DNA from: Styela clava
Taxonomy: Eukaryota
Length of the DNA stretch: 64,000 nucleotides
Direction of reading: 5' to 3'
Assembly (NCBI RefSeq): GCF_964204865.1
Contig: NC_135255.1
Location: forward strand, 3,534,001-3,598,000
Below are positions 13,157 through 25,758 of the stretch, in pieces. Position numbers and translations under genes: made by a program. The notes under the pieces are model-generated. The model did not search any database and was not told the DNA's origin. It was given only the letters and a program-made list of their open reading frames with translations. The stretch's first letter is position 1. Each line of letters begins with the position of its first letter.

Positions 13157-13349
13157 CTACACAGAACTATGAAGTACAATTCAACGATTCTGTTTCAGAA
13201 CATACTCATAGTTCATATTTATAAAACTATTGAATCAATTTTAAGTAAATTAACTGTGATTTGTTTAATTCTTTAACTGTAATGCTTTTGCAGAATAATC
13301 TTCTATTATTTTGCTTTTGTTTATCGTTGTTTTATTATCATTCAATGTG

Positions 13350-13392
13350 GCTTATCACGAACAAGAGAGCAATGCTCAAATATATGGAGACG
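13350..13392 (+). repeat. Internal fragment of the 20810-21239 MITE family
   Basis: aacaagagagcaatgctcaaatatat matches ~21090-21120 and ~62295-62325. Confidence 0.5.
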
Positions 13393-13939
13393 TCAATCAG
13401 AGAGAAGCTGTCCTTACCTTTGACGCTACCGGTACCTACGGCGCTGTATGCCATTCCCCGTTAAGAAAGCAAGCACTTCGTTACACACCACCGACGTTCG
13501 ATGAGCACGTGATCAAAAGAGCAAGAAAAAGAGTGAAAGCATAAAAACGACTTTTTAGGTTTTCCACTAGGTGTCCAAAAAAAAAGTAAAACGATCCTTA
13601 GGTTCACTCCGTGTCCAATAATGAAAAATAAAAGTAATAGCCTTCTGGGCAATTAAAAAATCAATCTTTAAAGTGATGGATAAGTAAAGCCCAAAAATAC
13701 ACCAACAGAAGCTTTTAAGATTTGTTTCAGAAGTTTCTTATAGATACAAATTGATACATTGATTAAATATCTGTGACCCACTCTCTTCTGTTCGCCGATA
13801 AAAATATAATTTTTGACCCATTCATCGAGAAAGGTTCGCCATCCCTGTCCTAGTACTTTGACTGACGGGACTTTAATTCCTTCAAATTTATCAATATTCA
13901 ATATCTGATGCCCCGTTAAGTGTTTCTTCAAACTAAATA

Positions 13940-14110
13940 ATCATACAGTGATCCACGACTTGACCGGCTATTGGGTCGGGTATGAGAAGAGCTAACCAGC
14001 AAACATTTTCAGACCCGAAAGAATAAAAGTGAAACCTAACTGACAACCTTGCCGCGACTAGAGTCCAGCATATTTTAGAAATCGGATTATCTCATTCGAA
14101 CACGTGAAGC
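13940..14110 (-). mobile_element. Decayed copy of the SINE at 5161-5450
   Basis: Shares collinear blocks with that element: gctaacca, ttcaga, gagtccagca and attatc...ttcgaa. Confidence 0.4.
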
Positions 14111-15088
14111 CACACATTGATGAAGGTTGAGCATAAATTTATGGCATTATCTGTGTTGTGTACTCAAGTGACACAGAAAAAATATTATTACCTTTCATTT
14201 TAAAACATTAATCTCAAGGATTCAAATGTAGTTACTCGGAAAAGGTGAGTAATATTTAAGTTAATAAGCAAAAAATGACCATATAAAGAGAGGATTGCGC
14301 TTAATAAATTTTGGGATAAATATTTCTTTCAACGCTTTATTTACTGCAGCAGTTGTTTTGACTATTTTGATTCTCAATAGTATTGTCTTATTTGTGGGCC
14401 TGTGAACAGCTGCTTCAGTCCTATATATATATATCTTCGTACATCTTTTCTAGGTCAAAATCTCGCAAGTAGTTGTTTTATTCTTGTTTTATTTGTGTCG
14501 CAAAGTTGACGTCCCACATCATTTCTTCGTAGTCGCAGTAACCAGAACTCAAAACCCAAAAAGATAGCTGACTGTAATGAAATAGTGTGTCTCAACAGGA
14601 CGTTAACATAAAATGCGGTACATTAAAAATCCTCTGTATTTATTGAAATAAATGTATGTACATGAAATATAATGTACATCACAAGTATACTCAAGCCTAA
14701 TGCACTATTCACAAGCCGTTGCGTTGCCGCCCTCAGTAGGTAATATGTAAAACATAACATCTGAATCGAATTATTTCTTTCCCATCAATTTAGGTAAGAA
14801 AGTTTTGAATCCCAAAAACATGTGTTACTGCATTGTGCATTATTAAAATATCATTTGCGCATTACATGTTTATATTCGATGATATACAACATGAAACCTA
14901 CATCGAATGCGAACACAAGAGCAATTTAGTTCAGCACTATTAGTCCGGCAGATAAGGGGACCTTTTTGGCCCAAGTTTGATTTCAGACATGAAGTTTTTT
15001 TTATTAGTGATTATTCATCTTGGGGTCATTGCCCATCATTTCTACATGTGTCTGGAGTTTGCAGCCTGAGCAATTTTTTTCACGGCTT

Positions 15089-15427
15089 GATATTTGTATT
15101 GGTGTTTTTCGTCAAACCTGTGTATCATAATGACACACAAACTTAACCATAAACAGTTACAATACTATGTTCAGGTTGTGCGCAATCTTGGTGCACAAAC
15201 TACGCAAGCACTAAATTTACTACGAAATAAAATCAATAACTTTTAGGTATTTATTGAGATATTTGTACTAGTGTTTTTCGTCAAACATGTGCATCATAAT
15301 GGCGCACAATCTGAACCATAACCTGTTACAATACTATGTTCAGGTTGCGCGCAATCTTGGTGCACAAACTACGCAAGCACCAAATTTAATATGAAATAAA
15401 ATCAATAACTTTTAGGTATTTGTTGAG
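15089..15427. repeat. Two-copy 169-bp tandem duplication, each unit containing a hairpin element
   Basis: Units 15089-15257 and 15258-15427 are near-identical. Each contains gttcaggttg.gcgcaatcttggt, related to the hairpin at 17669-17758. Confidence 0.9.
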
Positions 15428-17668
15428 CCCAGCTTTGGGTCGCGACCCATATACAGTATATGGAAATACTGTCGAAACATACGCGTAAAATAAAGAGTAC
15501 TATTTCAAAATACCCGTTTTTGTTGCAATTAACAATACGCCTGCTAATGCAGTCGCCAGTGGTTCAAGTGGATATACACCCGGTGGAGAACAGTCAATTA
15601 TTTGTTAGCGAGAATTGTTATGCAGCGGGATGATCACGACGACGCAGTGAAAGATACTGATATCACGAGAACAAGAATGGGAAAATTGCTACATTTTATA
15701 GTATATCCCAGGAAAAGAATATAGTTCATTCTTATGTTCCATGCCAATGCTTTTCAAACTACCAAAGACTCTCAACACTTTTGCTTCTTCTCTTCTATAA
15801 AAATACATTGTTATTATATATTCGCATTTCCATCTGTTTGTTCGTGCTCCCAGATAGCCCTGTCATAAACTAAAAGAGGCGACCGTGCTTCTCTTGTTTG
15901 TTGTCATGCTGTCCCTGGAATTCAGCTACAACAAAAATTTCAGGAAAACGGATTTTTAAATTTCATGGGTGAAATTTCATTTCGTGGTTTACGGGTGGTA
16001 AAATGCCAAGTTATTCCAACAACATGATCATGTTTTGCAATTTACAACCAATATTTTGTATGTAACTTTGTTTGACAGAGCCCCAAGAGCTCTGACTACA
16101 AATATCAAAAATGTGAGGTCAAAATAGTCACACTACAACATTGTCAAATGTGGTGTATTTACGATAGATAACAGATTTACCAAAAATAATTACATAAAAA
16201 ATGGTAAAATAAAGATCAATTCAGCAATATCTACTTGGCGATATGCATCTGTTGATGATTTTATGTGTTTGTTTCGGAAGTTTAATAACAGAATTAATTG
16301 TGGTTGTTGGGGATGTTTTAAAAAAAGGTTGCATAAAAAAAAGTTTTCACAAAATGTCAAGGTTTGATGGTAGTAGAGAAGTAGAAAAAATACTTCCATG
16401 TTTTTTTTTTCATTTGATAACCACGCCACAGAACTTCCCCGATAAGTATACGCAGCAATTGCGAGAGGCAGAAATGCCAAGATGGGATTCATCGCATTGC
16501 AAGCCAATATTAGCAATTCTTATATATATTCGCGCATTCCCATCTGAACAGCGTGGGAAAGATTATACCCATCTACACACTTTAAGAACTATGTCAGATG
16601 AGCGTCATATTATCGAATATTATTGAAGGAATAGTGCAATGGGAAAAGACATATAAGGCGGAACTTTCAGCAGTATGCAATCAAATAATTTTATTGTAGA
16701 ACATATATTTAAAAACATTTCGTCACGCCAACTGCAGTCCGAAACTTTTTGTCTCTGACTGAGCTTAGATACCAATTGGCACTCATGCAAACTGGTAAGA
16801 CTGTAAGAGGCACGCGATGGAGCAGATACTAAGAGTATCCATCCCCCAGCTGTCATTTGAGTGGGTACTGCTGTTTTTATTGCAGATGTTACTAATCTTT
16901 GTGTATTAAAGATTTACTGGCATCACCGATTTGAGGATGTTGGAGACCAACACGCAATATTACAAAACTTACTTTCAACATGCGGTTTGAATGAATGAAA
17001 AATCTGGAACTAGTATTCTTTAGAACAGCATACAAATTCTATGGAACGAAATCATACACAAAAGCTCGTCAAAAACCTATAGCTCAATAATCAAGTGGAA
17101 TTTGATGCATGTGCGCAAAAATGTGCGCGTTACTACGTACAACCGACGCACGCAGGAAAATGTGTGTGATGTACTAGTATTCAAAAACGTTTGACTCAAC
17201 TATGTTGGCATAACAGGTGCACATCTCGGTTTTGCATACGCATACCTTCTATCTCCACAAGCATATATTAATTTTGCCAAAGTCAATGCAGCACTGAAAG
17301 GTTGCGGTTCTTCCAAAAGAAAACACGTTACACATCTTTAGATACCAGTGGATGGTTTTTCATGGCCTTGTTCGGAGTGAAAGACGAGGTCAAATATTCA
17401 ATCCAATTCAACTAATAAAATATTTCCTAAGTCCCTAAGCTTAAACTAGGAAAACGAAATGCGCGCGGCAACGCAAATGTAGTTTGAAGAGCGCAATAGA
17501 AAGTGGCTAGATGCTGTCGATGGACCTTGGCTTGTATTAGTGAAATAAACTACCATTTATTCACTGAAATTGAATTTCTGACATTGTCAGGAGATTCAAT
17601 GTTACTATGTATGCAAAACTAAACCATGTAGCTATGAAATAATTGTTTTTAACAAAAAGGCGCTCCTG

Positions 17669-17758
17669 AAGTATTCATACCAAGATGGCGCACAACCTGA
17701 ACATTGTATGTTTACCCGATTAGGGTTCAGGATGTGCGTCATCTTGGACCGAATACTT
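17669..17758. repeat. ~90-bp palindromic (hairpin) miniature element
   Basis: aagtattcataccaagatggcgcacaacctgaac pairs with gttcaggatgtgcgtcatcttggaccgaatactt. Confidence 0.75.
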
Positions 17759-17763
17759 TAAAT

Positions 17764-18009
17764 CAGGGGCGTAGCCAGAAATTTTCAAAGGGGGGGGTCT
17801 GAATTTTTTTTTGCCAAGTCAGATCGAAACAGCTAGCGGGTCCGATCGAACGCTGGAATTCGCGTGTTTTTAGTAGTTTTGAGAGTTTAAAAAGCATTTT
17901 AAGCTACGGAAAATTGCTATCTATGATACAGAAAAATGATTTTATTTTTTTTTACATTTTAAAAGAGGGGGGTTCCGACCCGCAAAACCACCCCCTGGCT
18001 ACGCCACTG
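17764..18009. mobile_element. hAT-type MITE (246 bp)
   Basis: TIRs caggggcgtagccag and ctggctacgccactg; 8-bp TSD ctttaaat/cttcaaat (7/8). Confidence 0.85.
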
Positions 18010-19330
18010 CTTCAAATCCGCTTAAAAAAATTGCTCAACATTATATACTCCACATCCACCTGGGTATCATTATATATGTCATATACATTATATCTAAACA
18101 ATAAAAAAAACTTTATGTCCCAAAACAATGTTAAGGCCCAATTCTGCCGGACTACATGTCTGTTAATTAAATAAAGTCTAGTTAATTTTAGAGCAATCAA
18201 TGTATAGAATTAAATCTTCAAAAGCAAAAACAAAACCAAAGTTGAGCGAAGCCACATGAATCAAATTTGTTGAAAGACCTACCTTAAGGCCCAAACACGA
18301 ACAACATCAATCACTTTCATTGAAGTTAGATGTGGGCCAGACTGCGAATCGAATCTCCCTAATGGCACAGACGTTTTTACAATGAGGACAAGATAAAAAT
18401 TAACGGAGGATAAAAACATGCATAAGGCTTCTCAACATTATTCCAATACCCTATACAAATCTTTAGATGTCCTAAATTCCCTAATAAATTTAATAACTAA
18501 AAACAAGCTTGTATGCTTTGTAACATGATCGATGCAAAGTTAGTGTAAAATATTGAAGTTCAATTTAACGGAACAAAAGTATTGTGCTAAAGGTTTACAA
18601 GCTTCAATTATAAGAAGGAATTGAACTAGTATTTATTTGATTCCAAATCATCATTAACAAAGGATCACTAATTATCTAGTCATTATTCATTTGAAACTGT
18701 ATCGGATGTGACTTAGTGATAACGTCCCCTACGACAAGACAAAGACAAGACAGAGTATTCAAATTGCGACAAGTTAACGCAAACAAAGGCAATTATTACA
18801 GTAATATTTTAATACGGATGGATAGATTGTAAGACCGGTTCCAAAAATGCGTAAGCTGTGTAATTAAGAGCAAAGGGTCGCCTAATTGTTTCGATAGCGA
18901 AAAAAGGAAGCGTGTTTACACTTGAACAACTAAATAATGACTACTTATTATAATCTTGCGCATCGTTACAAATTTTCTTGCTTTATAACCTCGCTGACGA
19001 CTGTAATGGCGTAGTAGAAGTAGATCGTCCTGCCTTCAGGATGAACTGAAAGTGTTTAAAAAATTCGTTAGTAATTATGGTTTTAACATAGAAACTAAAT
19101 AGTTTGAAATTAAGCAATTAATAGCAAAAATTGATCGAATTGATAGCAAAAAGCTAAGGCGATTATTCATGGGCCAAGGAAATAAAATTTCTCTTATGAA
19201 ACGAAAAAAAGACTTCAGAATTATTGAAATATCAGAATTAAATAAATGCCGGTTAACGTAACATTTTTAAATGCCTCTACTTAACAGAATTTACGTCATT
19301 AGAGACTATTTTGCGTGATTAACTCTAGCG

Positions 19331-21629
19331 ATGGACTTTTATTCAACGTACCATGCGTCGAGAAGCGATCACAAAATGATTCCGAGACAATACAAAGCTA
19401 CAGCAATATGGAACGAACTTATTGGATCTTTTCGAATACATATGTGTTGTAAAACTCGGAGGAGAAATTTGAAAACTTATTCTAACTGTTTTACTGGAGC
19501 TGGTGCCATCCACGTCTTGCATGCTGTTTTGATTGAAAATCAAAATTTTACTCGGAAAGTTACCAGAGAGCAGGTATGCCCATATAAGTATATATTTGAT
19601 TTGACAATAAACTGGAAAATCATGAATGGAAGTTTTGTGATATTGCGGTAAATTATTCTTCTAATAAAATACAGTACCGTATAAACGTTGAAAATAGAAT
19701 TACTCAAGTTATGTTGAAAATTGTGTTGGGTAGTAGATGCTATAATTTTTTGTTAATTAACGTCTCTGTATAGTCGACGGTAGCAATGAGATTTGGCATG
19801 TGATGCCCGAAATTCTATTGAATCAACAACATATTTTGTCTTAACATGATTCAAAGTTGTTTTCAACTTTGAACTTCTTTGATTTTATCACCTAACACCA
19901 GTGTTCCCTCTAAGATGTACGCGTGTGCGCGCGCGCACAGCTTTCAGAGGCTGCGCACACGCATAGATTTCCTGCGCACAGACGTATTTCGATGTAATGT
20001 AACAATGTGCTCGGTTGGCAGGTTGAGAAAGTTTGTTGTTGGCCCACCCATTACCCGGTTAGAACGCCAAAATTTCTTCATTGGTTTTTGCACAAATATT
20101 AGTCAAATATTTCCAAAAATGTGCGCACACACCAAAATTTCTGCGCACACATACTACAAAAAATTAGAGCGAACATTGCCTAACACCATGAAATAATTTT
20201 ATTTATTTTTGTAAGGCCCACAAATTGATGCAGAAATTTCTGTCGGAACACGTGATCGAAACGGTCAACGGAAAATGGGAAAATGAAACATTTTCTGATT
20301 CAAATCGTTTATACAGGTGGGCATTTTATTGTTAAACCGGCAGTATACAATCCGATTTTATAACATTTTGTTCGTGTAACTTTTGGTTTTAAATAAGTTT
20401 GGGTCAGTCATCAGTATCGACCCACAAATTCAGGTACGGGTAAAAGTTGAAATTTTTTCCTAACTTGCATTCTTATCATCTGTGGTAGAATTTTCTACGA
20501 GTCATTTGGGTTCGGTTTGAACATGTTGTATTGACACACTGTATGCTTGATTTCGATTTAACCAACTTTATTAGATTTTCATTTATACAATATATATGCA
20601 TGAGCCAATGTATCTATCCACTGACAACTTTGGAAAAGAAATGTATTGGTTTACGATTTATTCATTCGATTAAGTAGATTATATTATTCTAAGTCTTCGT
20701 TTTGAATTTAGATTCAACAAAGAATATGCATGTGCTACTCCATCGCTATCCTCTCGTTGCAAGGTAAATATTGTATGTAAACTCTGTAATAACAAAATAC
20801 ATCTATTACCAGGCTTGTCTATGAGACATATTTTTCTGTCCCATTCCCATCCCATAGCAATTATGCCTGCCCCATCCCGTCCCATGGGATTCCCATTGGA
20901 ATACAATTCAATAAAAATTGTTAAATTTAGGTTTAGCGTCTACTAAATATGACTACATGTACGAAGAGACATGCAAAACAACAAAATTCACGGACTTTGT
21001 TAACTTTATATTCATAACTATAATACATGTGTCCATCAGTCCCTTCACGAAGTATATTGTAAAGGCTGAATATATTTTGCTCCTAATAACTAACATGAGA
21101 GCTATGCTCAAATATAGATCATAAGACCATAACGAAATGTTTTATCATCATTTCCCTGAAAATCATAAGGTTTACGTATCCCATGGGAAAATACAAATAT
21201 GTGCTGTCCCGTCCCATCCCTGTCTCATGGACAAGCCTGCCTATTATGGTAGCCAATTGTGGGTGATATTCCCACGTATTGAACCCCACATATCAAAATT
21301 TCAATGAATCTGTTTTAGAAAAGTAGACATGGGTTTTTATCTCTAATTTAAATTTATTTCTATTCGAAAACATTTTTCCACTTATAATACCGTGGTTTTC
21401 TAATTTTATTCAGTGGAAATTCTTTTTTTAAATTATCTTGCAATATGCGTAAATCGCTTTATAATTTTTACAGGTGATGTCCCCGCCAACGATAAAACGG
21501 TTTTCAACAAACATTCTGGAAGAAAAAGAACGTCACACGGATCATGAGCAATCGACGAAAAAGACTAATTTGACTAGAAAAGACGATATTCGACTGATAC
21601 CAAGTTGCATTATGGCTGTAACTGATTAG
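19331..21629 (+). CDS. DEPDC1-like: DEP-domain-only protein, paralogue 2 (183 aa)
   Basis: Exons 19331-19573, 20216-20316, 20712-20763 and 21474-21629 (552 nt, in frame). The DEP motifs, the intron phases and the 101-nt exon 2 match paralogue 1. The protein ends IRLIPSCIMAVTD*. Confidence 0.85.
19899..20178. mobile_element. hAT-type MITE (280 bp) in intron 1 of DEP paralogue 2
   Basis: TIRs cagtgttccctctaa and ttagagcgaacattg; perfect 8-bp TSD cctaacac at 19891-19898 and 20179-20186; internal gcgcac repeats. Confidence 0.9.
20810..21239. mobile_element. hAT-type MITE (430 bp) in intron 3 of DEP paralogue 2
   Basis: 19-bp TIRs caggcttgtctatgagaca and tgtctcatggacaagcctg; TSD tctattac/cctattat (6/8); subterminal cccat repeats. 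A second copy lies at 62047-62459. Confidence 0.9.
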
Positions 21630-22239
21630 CAAGATTTTATATTGAAGCAAATTTATTATTTATATATCTTTCTTATGTTCCGTGTGTTTTTTATATGACC
21701 AACCATATCATACCAAAAATTTGTTTGTGTTATTTTCGACGATTTTTCTGATATAAAACTTACTTTCTTGGAATCATTATCTCTTTAATGTTATACTGGA
21801 AATAAATCAGTTTTATGATTTCTTGCTTAGAGTAATGAAATGTCACTTTGATTGCTTGCTATTACAACGGGATTAGCTTGTTTGAGTTTTCCTATTCCAA
21901 AACGTTTTTAGGTTGATTTACGAGTTAGCAAAGAATATAAATATTTGCATGTTAACGAAATTCTCAACTGGAGGTTGAGAACAGTCTTATATGAAAACGA
22001 CCTTTTGCAGGAATTTATTTTTGCAAGAATATGATTTTGTGGCAAAGAACTCTTGTAAGAATAGACATTTCCAAGAATATGATTTTGAGTATTCATTCCA
22101 ACTTTCTTTAATTATGAAAGATGTCGCATGCACCTCGATAACAGTCATTAAGTCATTCGTAAAAAAAACCTTATTATTGCAGATGAACTTCGAATGAAAT
22201 TAGCCTAAAATTTTCATTATAGGTGGCATATCTTCAACT

Positions 22240-24652
22240 CTTTTTGCGTAAAAGAATGTTCTAGAAAGCATATTCTCGCGAACGTACATTCGCGTAAATA
22301 TTCGTTATTGCGAAAGTACCTTCGTGCCAAAATATATTATCGCGAACCTTTTTTTTTACTGAAAAAAGGGCATTTTTTAAAAACGGCATTCTTGCGTATT
22401 TTCTTCGGCATACGGATTTCGGTTCCCCCACAATACTTTCTTGTGGCCTGACTACAAGCATCTGTCAATAGTAATTACAGGGGCGTTTTTTCACACCTGT
22501 CTCGCAAACAATCACAATGAATGGCGTGCCTAATAGTTGGCACATTGTGTGAAGTGAAAGTTAGGCCGGATAAAATTCGTAGGCAGCATTACCCGTCAAA
22601 ATGTATTTACCTCTCATCGCACTAGCTTTTCTTCTTATTTGGGTGTTTGGGTTGCTAGAAATTATTTTGCCAAAACAGTCTACTAATGCAGGAAGATAGT
22701 TTGAGTGGCCGCAAACGTTTGTTTTTGCGTGTGAATGTATTTGCAAATAGTTTTGCAAAAACATACTTTTGCTGACATGAAAAATTTCAAAAAGAAACCC
22801 TTGCATGAACGAAATTTAGGGCAAATGGACTATTGCAAGAAAGATGTGTGTATAGAGTGGTTTTGATAAAATCAAAAATTTTGAATATCTAAAAATATTA
22901 TTTTAAATATCTAGAAAAATTATTTATTAATTTAATCTTTTGGAAATGGTGACTTCAATGACTGGGGGTGGGGTGGCACGCTGGTACGTTGTGCAGAATG
23001 CACATTTTAGATTGAATATTTCTTGCAAAAGTGAATTTCTACAAAACTACATTACGAAAAAGTACGTTCCGGCATAAATTATATTTTTCAATTGCCGCTT
23101 TCGTAAAACGATATCGTTTTTTTATCATTAATATCGACAAATGGTTTTATTCCGTTTGTTTCTGGCAATTGATTCGTTCATGAATTCAATCTATCTGTTT
23201 CTATTAACGCTTTTTGCATCATGAATTTTCAAATACTATGAATTTGTCCTGATCTCTGCTGTCTGATAAAATAATCTAAAAACGCATAAATCTTTTAGCA
23301 TATGTACTTCTGTGATATGAATATCAGAGACATTTATGTATAGAGATAAAAGAGACCGCGGATAGTTTTTCAATAATATCTTTAAGATACTAATCTTATC
23401 AGCTACGATAAGACGTTGATTTAGAATGCGAATTATTTAGCCCTTGATAACATGAAAGCAGTTCCGACTAGGATGGCCATCAAACCGCAACTAATTCAAT
23501 TTTGCAATATTCGTGATTAGGTTTAGTTAACTTATCCTATAATATTTTATTCTAATGCCCTTGAAATTTATCCTCTTACAGTATAGTTATACAATTTTGT
23601 TTTATGTTCTCACCAAAAATTTCAGCTAAACGTAACTGTTTCCTGATCGTTTTGATTCAAACCGGTCCAAGTTTCCCGCCAATCAGTATTGACGTTATAC
23701 ACCCCCTTCAACTATTTTCGCGCAAAAGAATGTTCTAGATCTAGAGAAACACATTCTCGCAAAAGTACATTTGCTTGTACACTCTTTATTGCGGAAGTAC
23801 ATTTGTGCCAAATTCTATTGTCACAAACTACATTTTCTGATAAAAGCATTTATAATGAACTACATTTTTGCGTATTTCTTTCGGCATAAGACTGTTTGTA
23901 CCCAAAATAATTTCTGATGATCTTGCTACGAGCATACGACATTTTTTGCACATAGGATGAAGTGAAAAGTTAGACCCGATAAAATTAGCAGCTAGCATTA
24001 GCAGCCACAATAATTTTAACTCTCACTGCACTAGCTTTTCTTCTTATTTGGGTATTATTTTAAATTTTAAATATCTAGAACAATTCTTCATTGAATTTAG
24101 TTTTTGGTAATAATGAATTCATTACACGAGTGATTCAATGACTGGGGAGTTTTGGGCTTCACGCTGGAACATCGTGCAGAATATGCATTTTAAATTAAAT
24201 ATTTCTTGCAAAAGTGAGTTTCTACAAAACTACATTATAAAGGGTTGTCTTCTGCTGTCTGATAAAATAATCTAAAAACGCATAAATATTATAGTATATA
24301 CTTCTATGACATGGGTATCAAAGACATTTATGTATATATAGATAAGAGGGACCGCGGATAGCTACGATAAGAAATTGATTTAGAATGTGAATTATTTAGT
24401 CATTGACAACATGAAAGCAGTTGCGACCAGGATTGTCATCAAACCACAATTAAATCATTTTTGCAATATTTATCATTAGGTTTGGTTAACTTAAAATCAT
24501 ATAATATTCGGTTCTAATGACCATGAAATTTTCCTAATACAGTATAGTTACCAAATTTCGTTTTATGTTCACACCAAGATCTTCAGCCAAGCGTGACTGC
24601 TTTCCTGATGGTATTGATTCGAACTGGTTCAAGTTTCATGCCAATCAGTATT
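22240..24652. repeat. Diverged two-copy tandem duplication (~1.45 kb and ~0.94 kb with deletions)
   Basis: Units ~22240-23690 and ~23714-24652 share collinear blocks: aaaagaatgttctaga, gcactagcttttcttcttatttggg, tctgctgtctgataaaataatctaaaaacgcataaat, accgcggatag and ccaatcagtatt. Confidence 0.85.
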
Positions 24653-25758
24653 TGTTGGCCTCATACACAGCCACGAATATATAGTATTATTAGCTCTTAG
24701 AATTGGACTGATCGCCCCTTAATTTGATCAGAAACGAGTTTCCTTTACTTCTGAGTGAGTAGGCGTTGCGTTGCTCCAAGCAAATGCTCTTAAAGTTGAT
24801 TGTTTTGTTTGTTTGCGTTTTTCCAGACACAAAATCAAATTAGGCTAAGCAAATGCAAATGACAATGGTATGTACCAAACATACTTGAAGAGAGAAGTGG
24901 TACAAAATGTGAACTAAATGTAAATTTCACCAGTTATAATTCAATACCTAATTTATTTATTGCCACTATACTCATTATCAAATTTTATTGCATATGTGGA
25001 AAAGAAATTGCTGCGAAAGTCGTCAACCTATTTTTTTTGCAGTTTTTAATCGCATACGCTTTTTTCGGTAGTGGTTTTATTCTGATCCCAGTGAAGTCTT
25101 TTTATATTATTATTAATATTACTCAGTTTAAAGTTACAGAGAGAATGATTATAAATTCATGGTTTTCCGTCCTGAACAGCACGCGTGTACATTCCATTCC
25201 GGACAACTGTGACGGATGTCGACTAATTACCATTATTGTTTCTTAATATTTGCTAAAGTTCTTATGTAAAATAACCTTGAAAGATAAATTGTTCAAGGCT
25301 AAAGGCGTCATTAAAGATGAATATGCCTTAGAGGAGGTTGGATAAATAACCTAATTAATTGACGGAACGTGTATACGCTATCTCAATATTTACTTTAGAA
25401 ATTATTCTCAATTTTATCAATGCGATAATCCACGATTCTATTCCAAGTTCAAACAAACTCTTTACCGCCTTATCACAAATTTAATCAAATCATAAAACAA
25501 CTAAATATTAGAAGTTATATCTCTTTATCGTGTTTTACAAGAGCGAGTGTCTTCTGGGCATTATAAAATGGTCTTGATGGAGATTGTAGTCATTCAGTTA
25601 TTTATTACTCCTTATACTGAGTTGAGTACTTTTTACAACTCTTGAAGAATTAGTAAAGGTTATTGAGAAAGTATTACGAATTCTGGGATTTTCATTTGCA
25701 ACGACTACAGTTATACAAGTAACATCCAAGCAAGGGAAATAAACAAAGAACGAACATT

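Noticed and set aside
13311-13544. 77-aa ORF with a signal-peptide-like start
   Set aside because: It starts at TTG and overlaps a MITE fragment in the probable COLGALT 3' region.
15480-16980. Moderately GC-rich stretch with several short ORFs
   Set aside because: The frames I translated are interrupted and show no reverse transcriptase, transposase or other motif that I could identify.
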